A DNA stretch of 62,378 nucleotides, the filler included, from Globobulimina sp. (lineage: Eukaryota): assembly GCA_003354225.1 (NCBI GenBank). It is 20 parts of 20 records of this genome, joined end to end, with 100 filler letters (N's around TTAATTAATTAA, not from the genome) between each part and the next. Parts side by side here need not be neighbours in the genome. Positions count along the whole stretch, not along the records: positions 34,385 to 37,406 come from PIVH01003980.1; positions 37,507 to 40,528 come from PIVH01003981.1; positions 40,629 to 43,650 come from PIVH01003982.1; positions 43,751 to 46,772 come from PIVH01003983.1; 16 more parts are not named here. One strand, 5' to 3'. The notes beneath the pieces were generated by a model. That model was not told the origin of the DNA and did not search any database. It saw nothing but the letters and a program-made list of their open reading frames with translations. The position numbers were made by a program, and so were the translations under genes. Below are positions 35,474 through 46,872 of this stretch, one piece after another; positions within the stretch are counted from its first letter, which is position 1, and every line of letters starts with the position of its first letter.

Positions 35474-37219
35474 TCAATGGACAGTTTCTATTTTACACCA
35501 AGCTTTGGAATTATATAATCCCACTGCAGGATACCAACATTCTCTGACAGGCAATTTCATCGAATATTTTTGATTTGGAGGAGCCATCAACTTCATATTC
35601 CAATCATAAAATGATAAACAACAGGTTTCATAATTTATGAAATCCACCAACATAAACATAATAACTTCTTTGTCAGTCTCAAATTTTGGTATTCCCCAAT
35701 CAGTTTTAGCTGAATTTTTGTGTGCATTATTTACATGCGGTTCATAAATGGTTCCAGGACGCCCAATATCAATACCATATGCATCCATTTCCAATCCACG
35801 ATACCAAGGAGTGCTCAACTTCGCAAATTGTCCGTGTTTGTGTGAAACCACAACAATAGAGTTTGCATCATTGTGCGTTTGCATTTTATCTATAAAAATC
35901 GTATATTTTAATTTAACGATCATTCCTTTTTGTATAGGATTTTCACATCGTACCGATTTATTGTATGGTCCAATAGCTTTCGTATTATTTTCTTGTAACA
36001 CTATTTCATTTCCTTTGTGATTTGATGACCATTTAGCAACATATTCATTAAATTGTAATTTTTCTTCATTTTCCTTTTCTTTTTCTTCTTTCATCGCCCA
36101 TTTGCTTTGCAACACAGTACATTCATTATTTTTTTGTTTTAATTCTTTTTGTAATTTCTTAATCATTAAATCTTGTGCCTTTTCCTTTTCTTCTTTCATC
36201 GCCCATTTGCTTTGTAACACAGCATATTCATTATTTTTTTGTTCTAACTCTTTTTGTGATTTCTTAATCATTAAATCTTGTTCATCCTCTTCAAAATCAA
36301 CATCACTCTGTCTTGGATTCGATGAATTGTATGTTTCATCGATAATTTTTCCAAATTTATTCATTTTTTTAATCATCAAATCAAATGCATTCTTTTTTGT
36401 GATCAAATCTATATTAACAATCAACTCATTATTTTCATTGATTCGCTGTTTGATAATATCAATATTTTTATTTAATACATTTTGAGTTTCAGTAAATTGT
36501 TTTTTGACATTTTCACCAATTTCAGAAATTTCATCTTTTCGTCCCATTCTATTTTCATTGCTTGATGTTAATTGTTCATATTTTGATTCTTTTGCACGTA
36601 AAAACGTTCTGGATATATTTATTTTTTCTGTACATATTTTGATAATATCACTCTCTTTTTCATCCTCGAGCTCATCATTTCCTTTTTCATTTATTCCATT
36701 TTTAATATCTTCAACTTGTTTCAATAAAATTTTCCTTCGTTCATTCAAACATTGACATAAGTCATCAAATATTTTATTGATTTTAATCTTGACAGCTTTG
36801 ATTTTATTTACTTTATCATCTTTGATTCGTTGCATAGTTTTGGGATATTCATCATTTGAAGAAGTCAAATCCATTTCCATTTTGCTCAATATATTCAAAT
36901 TATTTTGGATCAAATCAATTACTTTCTGTTCTTTTGGATCAATCACAATTTTAAAAATCTGTATTTTATGAACAGCATTCAATATTTTTGGGATCATATG
37001 TGCCTTTGTAAATAATCGAGGATCAGTCATCAATGATTGAAATTCATTTGATTGTAATGTTAATGAGGACACATTCATTGCTTTATGTTCAATCAAAAGT
37101 TGTTTGACTTCATTTAATTCATTATCATTGATCCATTCATCAAAATTAAAATCCTTTTCTCCTTCGTTGTTCATATTGGTGGAGATTTGCGACGCCATCT
37201 TCCACTTCAAAAAACACAA
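35474..37219 (-). CDS. SAM-like + coiled-coil + SPRY-like protein with a 105-nt tandem duplication (~36075-36280)
   Basis: QDLMIKK..QKNNE..VLQSKWAMKEEKEK occurs twice; C-terminal WYPAVGL is SPRY-like. Confidence 0.7.
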   Translation of the reverse strand: MCFLKWKMASQISTNMNNEGEKDFNFDEWINDNELNEVKQLLIEHKAMNVSSLTLQSNEFQSLMTDPRLFTKAHMIPKILNAVHKIQIFKIVIDPKEQKVIDLIQNNLNILSKMEMDLTSSNDEYPKTMQRIKDDKVNKIKAVKIKINKIFDDLCQCLNERRKILLKQVEDIKNGINEKGNDELEDEKESDIIKICTEKINISRTFLRAKESKYEQLTSSNENRMGRKDEISEIGENVKKQFTETQNVLNKNIDIIKQRINENNELIVNIDLITKKNAFDLMIKKMNKFGKIIDETYNSSNPRQSDVDFEEDEQDLMIKKSQKELEQKNNEYAVLQSKWAMKEEKEKAQDLMIKKLQKELKQKNNECTVLQSKWAMKEEKEKENEEKLQFNEYVAKWSSNHKGNEIVLQENNTKAIGPYNKSVRCENPIQKGMIVKLKYTIFIDKMQTHNDANSIVVVSHKHGQFAKLSTPWYRGLEMDAYGIDIGRPGTIYEPHVNNAHKNSAKTDWGIPKFETDKEVIMFMLVDFINYETCCLSFYDWNMKLMAPPNQKYSMKLPVRECWYPAVGLYNSKAWCKIETVH

Positions 37220-37506
37220 AAAGATTTATTTAAGTGGTAGCAATGCGTGTTGTTCGCGTTGGTAACGAGATAGAAAAAATAGCCACGTCGTTATGGGTTA
37301 AAGATTACAAATCAAATAAATGCAATGTTTGTCGATTCAACATCATTGGTGGCTGGTTTTTCTCCAACAAACACCATTGCAGATATTGGTACATATTACA
37401 TTGAGTNNNNNNNNNNNNNNNNNNNNNNNNNNNNNNNNNNNNNNNNNNNNTTAATTAATTAANNNNNNNNNNNNNNNNNNNNNNNNNNNNNNNNNNNNNN
37501 NNNNNN

Positions 37507-38233
37507 AAACAGTTTGCAACAACAAAGTACCTTCAAAGTCTATATTGCCGTCGCCATCGGCGTCCGCCTCCTGAATCATGGTCAATATGTCCTGCTCATT
37601 GAGGCTCTCCCCCAATGCTTTCATAATGGCAGCCAATTCCTGCGGAGTAATCTGTCCATCGCCGTCCTTGTCAAATACCTCAAATGCTTCCCGCAACTCG
37701 TCCACATATGCCCGCGTATTGGAGGTCTCACTGTACACAGAGCCCTTCATCACACACACAAACTCATCAATATCTACCTTACCGTCGCCATTATCATCGA
37801 TGCTTTTCAACATATTTACCAATTGTGTCTCTGTGAAGTGATAATTCAAACCATCGAACACTTTTTTTAGCTCATACACAGATATCTGTCCATCGTCGTC
37901 TTTATCGAATAAGCGAAATGCCATTCGGAATTCGCGTCGTTCTTGCTTTGATAATTGCGAATATGCACCTTCTGCGGTCTTAAATTTCTTTTTTTTCACT
38001 TTCTTGTCGCGTGCATTGCTTTCTTCATTGTATGACGCACTGTCTGATAATGACAAATCACCCATCGGAGGTGCCTCTGTATCATCTTCTCTTACTTTCA
38101 AGTGTTTTTTAGCTTTGATGCGCTCTTTTTTGTGGTGTGGGTTCGGCGCTGATTGTGCTGAGTAACTCGAATGTGACGATTTAGTGTCGTCGTCCATGCC
38201 ATTAACGTTGGGCTCATCACCTAATTGTGACAT
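37507..38233 (-). CDS. Calmodulin-like four-EF-hand protein with N-terminal extension; 3' partial
   Basis: EF loops DKDDDGQISVYE, DDNGDGKVDIDE, DKDGDGQITPQE, DADGDGNIDFE. Confidence 0.93.
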
Positions 38234-38337
38234 GATCAAAGTCAATATTAAAAACTTTACCGTTTCTATTTTGTAAAATACAATGAAATTAGAGCACAAG
38301 TAAGCAACTTTAAATAGTTTGTAACATTATAAAAATA

Positions 38338-39069
38338 TCATTCATCTCTACAAACAAAATTAATCCTCCCTAATAACTGAGGTAATGAAGACAGAATAGG
38401 TCCATATCTATGCGTGTTATCATATAATTCAAACAATGGCACCGCTAATAATTTGAAATTTTTCGGAATGCACAATGAGCACTTTTCCGGTAATGGTATT
38501 AAATATATTTCCCTCCTTTCCTTGGGATCCGTGATATGTGGCGGCAAATATGGATACATATTAAAATCGAAATTGGGTCGCCACCAAACCGCGATCAACT
38601 CGGCGATCTCCCATTTATATTCAATATTGGTTGGCGCCAATCTCCTGTTTAATTTTCGCAACAATCCGTCCAATTTTGTCTCTTTTGGTCGCAGTCTCCC
38701 GCCTGGTCTGTATCATCAGTGCAAGGATTGTCAAACTAAACACAAATTATAATCAAAGCAAACAAACACTCAACAATTTGAAGGCTCCGTCGGGTGTTTG
38801 AAATAGCAACACATGCGGATGCCGGCGGTAATGTACCAACAATACGCCTTCGACGACGTGGCGCATTCCTTTATCTGGAAACGTCTGTTTTTGTATAAAT
38901 CAAAATGAACAACGGATTGGAGAAATGTTCTAATTTAAATAATAGTAACTTTTTCTAATCGTTTCATTTTATTTGTCCACGAGTTATCTTTGGAAGGCTG
39001 GGCGTCTTTGGCTGTTATGTCGTAGTTTGTGAGTGGGTATAGGTCGCAAGTGAAACTTTCAACTGCCAT
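38338..39069 (-). CDS. NUDT21: Cleavage factor Im 25 kDa subunit (CPSF5); introns 38885-38949 and 38708-38774
   Basis: LYPLTNY, GMRHVVEGVLLVH..HPHVLL, FKLPGGRL, WWRPNF..MYPYLPPHIT.PKE, LLAVPLFELYDN..RYGPILSSLPQLL. Confidence 0.96.
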
Positions 39070-39129
39070 GCTTTTACAATTAACTTCAGAGTTTTACTTC
39101 AATTCATCTTCCTTCCTTCCTTCGTTCCA

Positions 39130-40528
39130 ATGACGTCGAGAGGAAATTCACTGCCTTCCAGCAATAATATCATATCAGAAGCACTCAAAGACGAACGTTA
39201 TAAACAGCGTTCGCACCCCAAAGTAGTTTAGTTTGTTGATAATTCAATTTCTACATTTTTAATTGTGTTGCGATTGGATGTTTCTCACAGTCACATTATG
39301 AATCCACACGAAAGTCGACATCGTGCAACACGACAATCAGCGTAACAAATTGCTTCAAAGTGGCAGTATATATAACATTATATTTACTCACTGGCTGTTA
39401 TTTTATTTTGTGGGTCGTGGCTTGCAATGACGCCGCAAACAGATGTTTTAAAAAGAAATGGAAAATAGCTGGCAAAAAGTACGACATTCCACACAGATTA
39501 ATATATAGCATCACTGGCTCCATTTTACATCTATGCCTCATCATAATTTGCTTGACTTTCTTGTTAAAATACTTAATATATTCCCACGACAACCGGATCC
39601 AAGAAAAAATCAAAAAAGCGGTGCGACGGAACGAAAAAACATTGCATAAATTCCAAAAACAAGCCAACGGCGATAATAGCGATATGTATGAATTCTTCCT
39701 CCGACATTACAGAAAAGACAAAGAAAAGCAAGACTTATTCAAATTGTCTGCCAAACCCAACAATCAGTGCCCTCACACTCCGCTATCCACCGCAAAAGAA
39801 GAGGAGGAGTCGTGTTGCTATCCGTGCTTAACTCATATGAAAATATCATGGATCATCTTGACCGAATTGCTGTTGTCATTGTTCTACATCGAATACAACG
39901 AATTCAACATCATGGCCATGGCTGCTTTGTCCTATTACGTATTCAGCGCCATTTTGTACTTCAACATCGACGATGCGGTGCAAAGAGACGAGATAATGTG
40001 CAACGGCCACACTTATAACGTCGTCTATAGTGATCAGATCTTTTTTGCTGCAGCTTGTCTGACCAAAGCATTTGCGATCATTTTGCCCGGAGTCTGCATT
40101 AATATTTGTCAAAAATGGAAGTGTGTCTACAATGAATACTATTCTCCGCCGGAAATGTCTGTCACTTTCAAAGGGGACAAATTTGAAAATGCTTCGGATT
40201 CGCTGGTGTTGAATAACAACGCCGTTCCAGTCCTGGACCGTTCGGCAAAGCCGTTCATTGCACTGCGCTCTGTGTTGAACGACGTGTTTATTCGCTGCTG
40301 GATATTCATGCTATTTGCGGTCGAGCTCATTATGTTTGTGGTGCACCCCATTGCCAATCATGCGGATTATAGGGACGCACTCAATGATCAGTACAACTGC
40401 AAATGTGTGGATGTGGAGTGTGTGCAACCAATGCAATGCAAAAAAGAGTCGCTGTCGTTTTTTATTGTGAATGAATTAATTTTGAGACTGTTTGTTCCAA
40501 TGACATTGATCTCGGATTTGAGTTTGGT
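39130..40528 (+). CDS. Multi-pass membrane hypothetical protein; intron 39223-39290; 3' partial
   Basis: ATG 39130 exon splices in phase 0 (HPK/SHYES) onto the 406-aa TM-rich ORF. Confidence 0.7.
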
Positions 40529-40914
40529 NNNNNNNNNNNNNNNNNNNNNNNNNNNNNNNNNNNNNNNNNNNNTTAATTAATTAANNNNNNNNNNNNNNNN
40601 NNNNNNNNNNNNNNNNNNNNNNNNNNNNATACCTTAATTATTAACATTATGTATTATAAAAAAAATCATATTTGTTATTTATTTTTGTTTGTTTGTTATG
40701 TTTGTTGTTTTTGAAAATAAATATTTATGGCATTTATATTGGATTTTTTTTTGTATTGATATTGGATTTATAATTATTATTGACATTTATCTCGATCGGT
40801 TCCAAATTTTTGTCACTTGCACGTTATATAATGTTGATGTCGATCGGTTTAAACCAGCTTAAATAAGTAGTAAAGAAAGTTTTATTTAATCTGGTTTTTA
40901 TCTATCTACTAATT

Positions 40915-42490
40915 ATGACAGCAGAACAAAAGCAAACTCAGGAATTAATTGCAGAATTCGAACAATTGATAGAACAGTTCAGAATAGAACCAACTCACTC
41001 AATGCATCCATCAATAAACCAAACACAACCAACACAAACTGGAACTCAAACCCTGCCAATAATTCCAACTTCTAATTCCAATGCAGTACAGTTTGCACGG
41101 CGACCAATGTATTCAAGTTCATACAATCCAATGCACAAAAAGCGACATAAAGCAATACAAGCAATTTATCAATTTTTACAGGAGGAGAATCTTACACAAA
41201 CACTCAATCAGTTACAACAAGAAACGTTAAGAAATTTATTCTAAATATTTATGGCCATAATTAACAATTTTAATATGAATTAATAGGCAGATTACTTTCG
41301 ACAATCAATCAATGTCCGAATATGGCCATGGCGCATTATTGGAGGCAATGGATTTACGTAATGCATATTATTCGGCACAATCTAAATCAAGCACCAATAC
41401 AGAAAGTTACATTGAACTGTTACGAGCAAAAAGAAAATCGGATGAGAAACCATGTATTAATTTATTATATTCCTTCCATTCCATCCATAAATCAAATATC
41501 TTATGTGTTGGTATATTTTATCACAATGACACAACATATATAATCTCTGGCGTTGCTGCGCGATCATTAATGATATTGAGTTGTAAAAATATATCCAATT
41601 TAACTGCTGTGGAGCAATCACAATATGACACCACCGATGCCAAGGAGTGTGGCTCCCGGATTGTGAGCGAAATGAATGGATTGAATGGACCGCCGTTATA
41701 CATTGACATTGATCCAAAATATCATCGATATGCGTGTATTACATGTATGGATGGTTCTTTTTATATTATTGACTTATTTTCCACCCTCACCACACCAAAT
41801 AAGTGGAAATATTTTCAAATAAAAAACCATAAAAAATATGTGATTATTGGTCGATGGAGCCTGTCATCGGAATATATACTGACTGCGGGGCATGACAATA
41901 AATCGACTCTTTACAGATTTGAAATCGACTCGGAATCATTCAGTGTGAGCAAAATGCATCAATATGAATTTGGAGCGTGTGTTGAAGCCATTACATGGAT
42001 ATCAGAGAATGAGTTTGTTATAAGTGTGAGGAATAGCAATTTCTTGGAATATTATAAGATAATTTATGATGATGGCACGTCATATTTACAGCCGTATTTA
42101 AAATGCAATGTGAACGCATTCGGTGATAATCATATTTCTTTTTGTATTGGCGATATGCATATAAGTAAAGATGGTAAGTTTATTTTGGCCAAAACAGATC
42201 AGGAAAAGGTATTGTTAATGATTAGTAAAAGTGAGGAAACTATAAAAACATATTATGGATCACATAGCGATTTGTATACGTATACACGATGTTGTTTTAG
42301 TAAACATGAAAAATATATTTATGCCTCACATCATAACAATTTTGTGATTTGGGACATTGAAAGTGCAAAATTAATATTTAGACAAGCAAATGCACATAAA
42401 AAGACATTGCGAGATTTGTGTTTGGATGAAAGAAATGGTTTACTTGTAACTGTTTCGTTCGATAAAACAATAAAAATATGGTCTCCTTAA
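40915..42490 (+). CDS. LisH + WD40-repeat protein; intron 41226-41286
   Basis: AIYQFLQEENLTQTLNQLQQE (LisH); ILTAGHDNKS, AHKK..LVTVSFDKTIKIW (WD40). Confidence 0.88.
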
Positions 42491-42547
42491 ATATTAAAAA
42501 TGTTTTCGCTCAATAAAAAATCTTCAAAGTCCTAAAGCTGGCAAAGC

Positions 42548-43650
42548 ATGGCACATTTAGCAACAGCCGTAATTGAGGAAGATTGGCTGTTTTTTAAACA
42601 ACACGAAGATGATAAATGGTCACTTAAATATTGCCGTTGTCAATCACCATTCTTATTTATATACAAAAACGAACATTTAAAACGTGCTGGCAAACCAGAA
42701 TGCGTTTTAATAATCAACGAGGCTTTGCAAATCCATAAAACAGGCGATCTTATCTCATACTGTAGCTTTGTCAAAATCAGAAAGAAATTCGCCAAAGCAG
42801 AGGAATACTGGACCGTGGTGACCCGCGCTGGATACATTATCTTTGCTAAATTGTATCATGTTGACACAAATGGTACTAAAATAAACCACTCCAGCTCTAA
42901 AAAAAGGAGAAGTACTAAAAAATCAAACAAATCACGCACACTCAGTATCGGTATGAACGATTACAGCCATTTGCATACAGTTATTACCACCAAGCAACAC
43001 GACGAAATTAAAACAATTTACAAATGGGATATCACGCAAATCAAAATAACTCATTCTGGATCTCCAGAGTATGCTAACATTACATTCCAAATTTCAAATA
43101 TCAAAGTTGTTTGTTCCTATTGTTATTTGTCATAACTACACAGAGTTGTGCTGGAACAAAGAGGCAGCAAAGTCAAATTAGCGCAGCTACGGTTTAGCAG
43201 CAAAGAGGCGGCTGCCTTGTTTACAAAATGTGTGCTGGAATGCATGGATGCGGGTACTATAGAATTTAATCGGGAGAGGTTAAGAAGTTTACATCCAGAT
43301 ATTACAGGCATTGGTAAACCATTATTCCCGTTCACTATTAATGATAAACCATATGATAAAAATTATTATTTTATCTCGTTGAATCAATCAGGGATTGACA
43401 AATGGTATAAATTATTATCTCCCAAACCGATCAATCTGTTAATTAAACCACTTATTAATAGATTAGAAATGGATGATTCTTCTTTGGTGAATTTGGACGA
43501 AGTGGATGAAATTTATGATTTGATATCGAGAGATTTAAATGTTGTGAGGTCCACTTCTAACTATGATGCTATGCAAAGGATTATTAACTTACCAATGGAA
43601 AAACGGCTGTTGATCATTCATATGAATGCTATTTCAAACAGCTTCGAAGG
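42548..43650 (+). CDS. Split/nested PH-like domain protein; intron 43069-43143; 3' partial
   Basis: EDWLFFK..KWSLKYC..LFIYK PH start; YYFIS...IDKWYKLL PH end; GTATG..CAG restores SPE/VVLE. Confidence 0.65.
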
Positions 43651-43750
43651 NNNNNNNNNNNNNNNNNNNNNNNNNNNNNNNNNNNNNNNNNNNNTTAATT
43701 AATTAANNNNNNNNNNNNNNNNNNNNNNNNNNNNNNNNNNNNNNNNNNNN

Positions 43751-44013
43751 GTAAATCCATCAAAAACAGACTCCATCCCAGAGATTAAATGTGTTATGTA
43801 TGGCAGTGGAGGTGTTGGCAAATCGACATTAACGATAAAATTTGTGTGTGATATATTTTTGGAAGAATATGATCCAACGATCGAAGATAGCTACAGAAAG
43901 CAAGCAATGTTGAATGGGCAACCAATATTATTCGATATATTGGACACTGCAGGTACTCGTGTCTCAATTTCATAGTTTCTGCATTCAAATATATTACAGG
44001 AAGAGAGGAATTT
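43751..44013 (+). pseudogene. Ras/Rap-family GTPase, N-terminal part only; intron 43953-43999
   Basis: [41 protein letters not shown] (absent from the ORF track); similarity stops at ~44013. Confidence 0.9.
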
Positions 44014-44718
44014 TTTATTTCGATCGTTTGTGCTGTTCGTCCGTTGTTTGTTGCATTTGGTTATCTCTTTGATTTTATTTGATAACATTTCATTCTCTCT
44101 TTTTAATTGCGATATTTTCGAATCGTTTTCGTAATTATTATCATGTAAAAATGATAAATTTGGCAAAGTTTGGGGTCGCGGACTCCTCTCAGACTGTACT
44201 CTTTTTCGTAGTGTTTTTGATGTTTTTATAGGCTCTAAACTTCGTCGTGGCGATTTCGACATTTTTGGAGGATATGAAAATGGGTTTTTTGTTATGGATT
44301 GAGGCAATGTGTGCAATTTGCTAATACGTTTGTTGTTTTTTATGACTTCGTTTAATCGAAATGCTGTTTTCAATATAAATTGCGGCTCATTTATATGTAA
44401 TAAGATAACCATTTTATCTCCTTTTTTGTACGAAAATAAGGTATTTCTGGCGTTGAGTTTGCAGTCTTGAAGAATGGACGAATTTGATTTGTATTTGATT
44501 AAAAATTTCCAATTTTGGAGATTGTTTTTTTTCGCATCTTTTGCGGTTTGCAATATCGATGTTAGTTCGTCGACGGAATGATTTAAATCCATAGATTGTA
44601 GCTTTGATTTGGTGAAAAGATTTGAGAATTTACGCTTGGATTTACGATCCCTGACCAAAATTTGAAGAGAGTCATTGGGACAGATATTGAATTTATAATC
44701 ATATTGATGTTGAGCCAT
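43891..44718 (-). CDS. Hypothetical basic protein whose 3' end runs antisense into the Ras fragment
   Basis: 275-aa ORF; the last ~40 codons are the reverse complement of Ras exon and intron. Confidence 0.6.
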   Translation of the reverse strand: MAQHQYDYKFNICPNDSLQILVRDRKSKRKFSNLFTKSKLQSMDLNHSVDELTSILQTAKDAKKNNLQNWKFLIKYKSNSSILQDCKLNARNTLFSYKKGDKMVILLHINEPQFILKTAFRLNEVIKNNKRISKLHTLPQSITKNPFSYPPKMSKSPRRSLEPIKTSKTLRKRVQSERSPRPQTLPNLSFLHDNNYENDSKISQLKRENEMLSNKIKEITKCNKQRTNSTNDRNKKFLSSCNIFECRNYEIETRVPAVSNISNNIGCPFNIACFL

Positions 44719-44892
44719 TGAGTCGCACTATTCTGTACACCCAAAAACCGTCTCTTTGATTTAATTGCGAGCACAATGGCTGCTCAAAAGCGTAAACGTA
44801 AACGTAATCGAGAAGAACTGGACGAGAATCAGAATAATGCAAATGGACCATCAACGAAAGCAATGCGATTGAACAATAATTCAAGATTAGAC

Positions 44893-46507
44893 ATGTCAGA
44901 ATGTACAGAAGTTACGATTTATTTTTGACCCATAATTTCAACTCCAAATAATCCCAAAATAGACCCAGATTTGTGGTATATTCGCGCATCGAAAAAACCC
45001 AGACACTTCGTCCCCATTCATCTATCAATACCAAGTACAAAGAACAAAGCAAACACAAATACAGTGGGAATCAGTTAAACCTACATACAACATACAAACC
45101 AATCCATTTTCATTTTTCTCCTCAACAAATAGATGGAACAAATACTAAACACCAACTTAGCATACCCGATGACAGAGCATTGCGACGAACTAATTAGCGA
45201 ATATCACCAATATATAATGCAATTCGCAGCCGACACCGCAATAAATATCGCAAACAAAAGCAAAAAACAACTAATATTCACACCAACCTTTGATGTGGAA
45301 TGCATTTTGGATGAAAAACAGGAATGCGGCGATGGAGACATTCAGTTTAAGATCAGATGGAAAAACTGGCCGTCAGTCTATGACTGCTGGGTTGGAGCGG
45401 AAGGTTTAGCGCCAGGCACATTTGTATTAGTTAATGAATTCCGACGGTTGAATGGCAAGAAAAGTCTGGGCAGCAAAGGCTTTCATAATCCCTATTGGAA
45501 GGAAATATATCCACGTCTCTGGAAACCATATATGGACGGCGTCGATAATGGAATTGAGCACGCAAATTATGTGCATTCTTTTTTCCGTAAATTCGGTTTC
45601 GACATAACGCATATTGCAGATTTTGGCTTTGGTAGAGGCGGTTTATTGGACGCTTTTGTTAAGAAATTCAAGCCAAAAGTATGTTTTTTTTATAATTACG
45701 TTTGCAAATTGTTGTTATTGATATGTTTTTTTTTTATATTGTCAGATCGCATACGGTTTGGAACCATCGAAGTGCGCATTTGAGGCATATTGCAGTGGAT
45801 TTATTGAGAAATTGAAAACCTCTAAGTCTCATTTTAGTAAATCGCATGTTCATTTGGAATGTATTGATTTGTTGGAATTTTTTGAGAGAGAAAGTTGGAG
45901 CATGGAACAAGTCGAATTATACAATAAAAGATACAAAGCAAACAAGAAGAAAAAAGGAAAAAAGTTGAAGAATGTTAAAAATGTTGATATGGATAATGAG
46001 GATAATGAGGACACTGAGGGTGACGAGAAGGAGATTAGTAAAGAATTTTGTTATTGTGGCAAAAATAGTAAATATTTTGAGAGGAAATTAAAGAAATATA
46101 ATAAAAACAAAAAGAATGGTGATTTGTATGCGGCATTTGATCATTTTCCGTGTGAATGTTGTAAGAATTTTCGTGGTCCGTTTGAACTGGGTTTGTGTGT
46201 GTCGGTGGTGCAGTATTTAGCGGATAAAGATGTCGAGACAGTGTTTCGTTTATTATCTGAGCAATGTGATTTTTTGTATTTTGATGTGGTGACTGAGGAG
46301 GATTATGAGATAATGGCCAATGGAGGTTCGCAGTTTAAGGATAAATGGGCCATTCGTAGGCCACGGAAATGGTATTTTCATATAATATTCAAATATTGGA
46401 GGATGATATCACATAATACATTGGAGTCCAAACGTTACTTCCCTCAAAATAAGGATTCAAATATACCAAATACAATTTGTATGATCGATGAAAGTATCTT
46501 TGATTGA
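44893..46507 (+). CDS. Tandem chromodomain + class I SAM-dependent methyltransferase fusion (478 aa); introns 44911-44962, 45074-45132, 45679-45745
   Basis: ICGIFAHRK..YQYQV..WES..CDELISEY (degenerate chromo); FDVECILDEK..FKIRWKNWPSVYDCW (chromo); IADFGFGRG (motif I), YGLEPS (motif II), FELGLCVSVVQYL; all three introns are phase-0 GT-AG. Confidence 0.85.
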
Positions 46508-46872
46508 TTGATGTTTTGCTTATTTAATTGTTTTTTTTTACTTTGGCTCAATCTGTTCAATGATGTTTTTACCATTTTTGCTCGTTATGAACTCTGCGCA
46601 ACAATTTGATTGCACACATGATATCATCCTCGATGGTATTTCTTGTTTACAACGGTATAGAGATAAACAGTGTGCTGAGACATGGTTAAATGGATATTGT
46701 TGCGTTGTGGAGATAAATCATGTCTTGATGCATGTTACAATGGATCTATTGCAAATTTCCCATCGATCTAATNNNNNNNNNNNNNNNNNNNNNNNNNNNN
46801 NNNNNNNNNNNNNNNNTTAATTAATTAANNNNNNNNNNNNNNNNNNNNNNNNNNNNNNNNNNNNNNNNNNNN

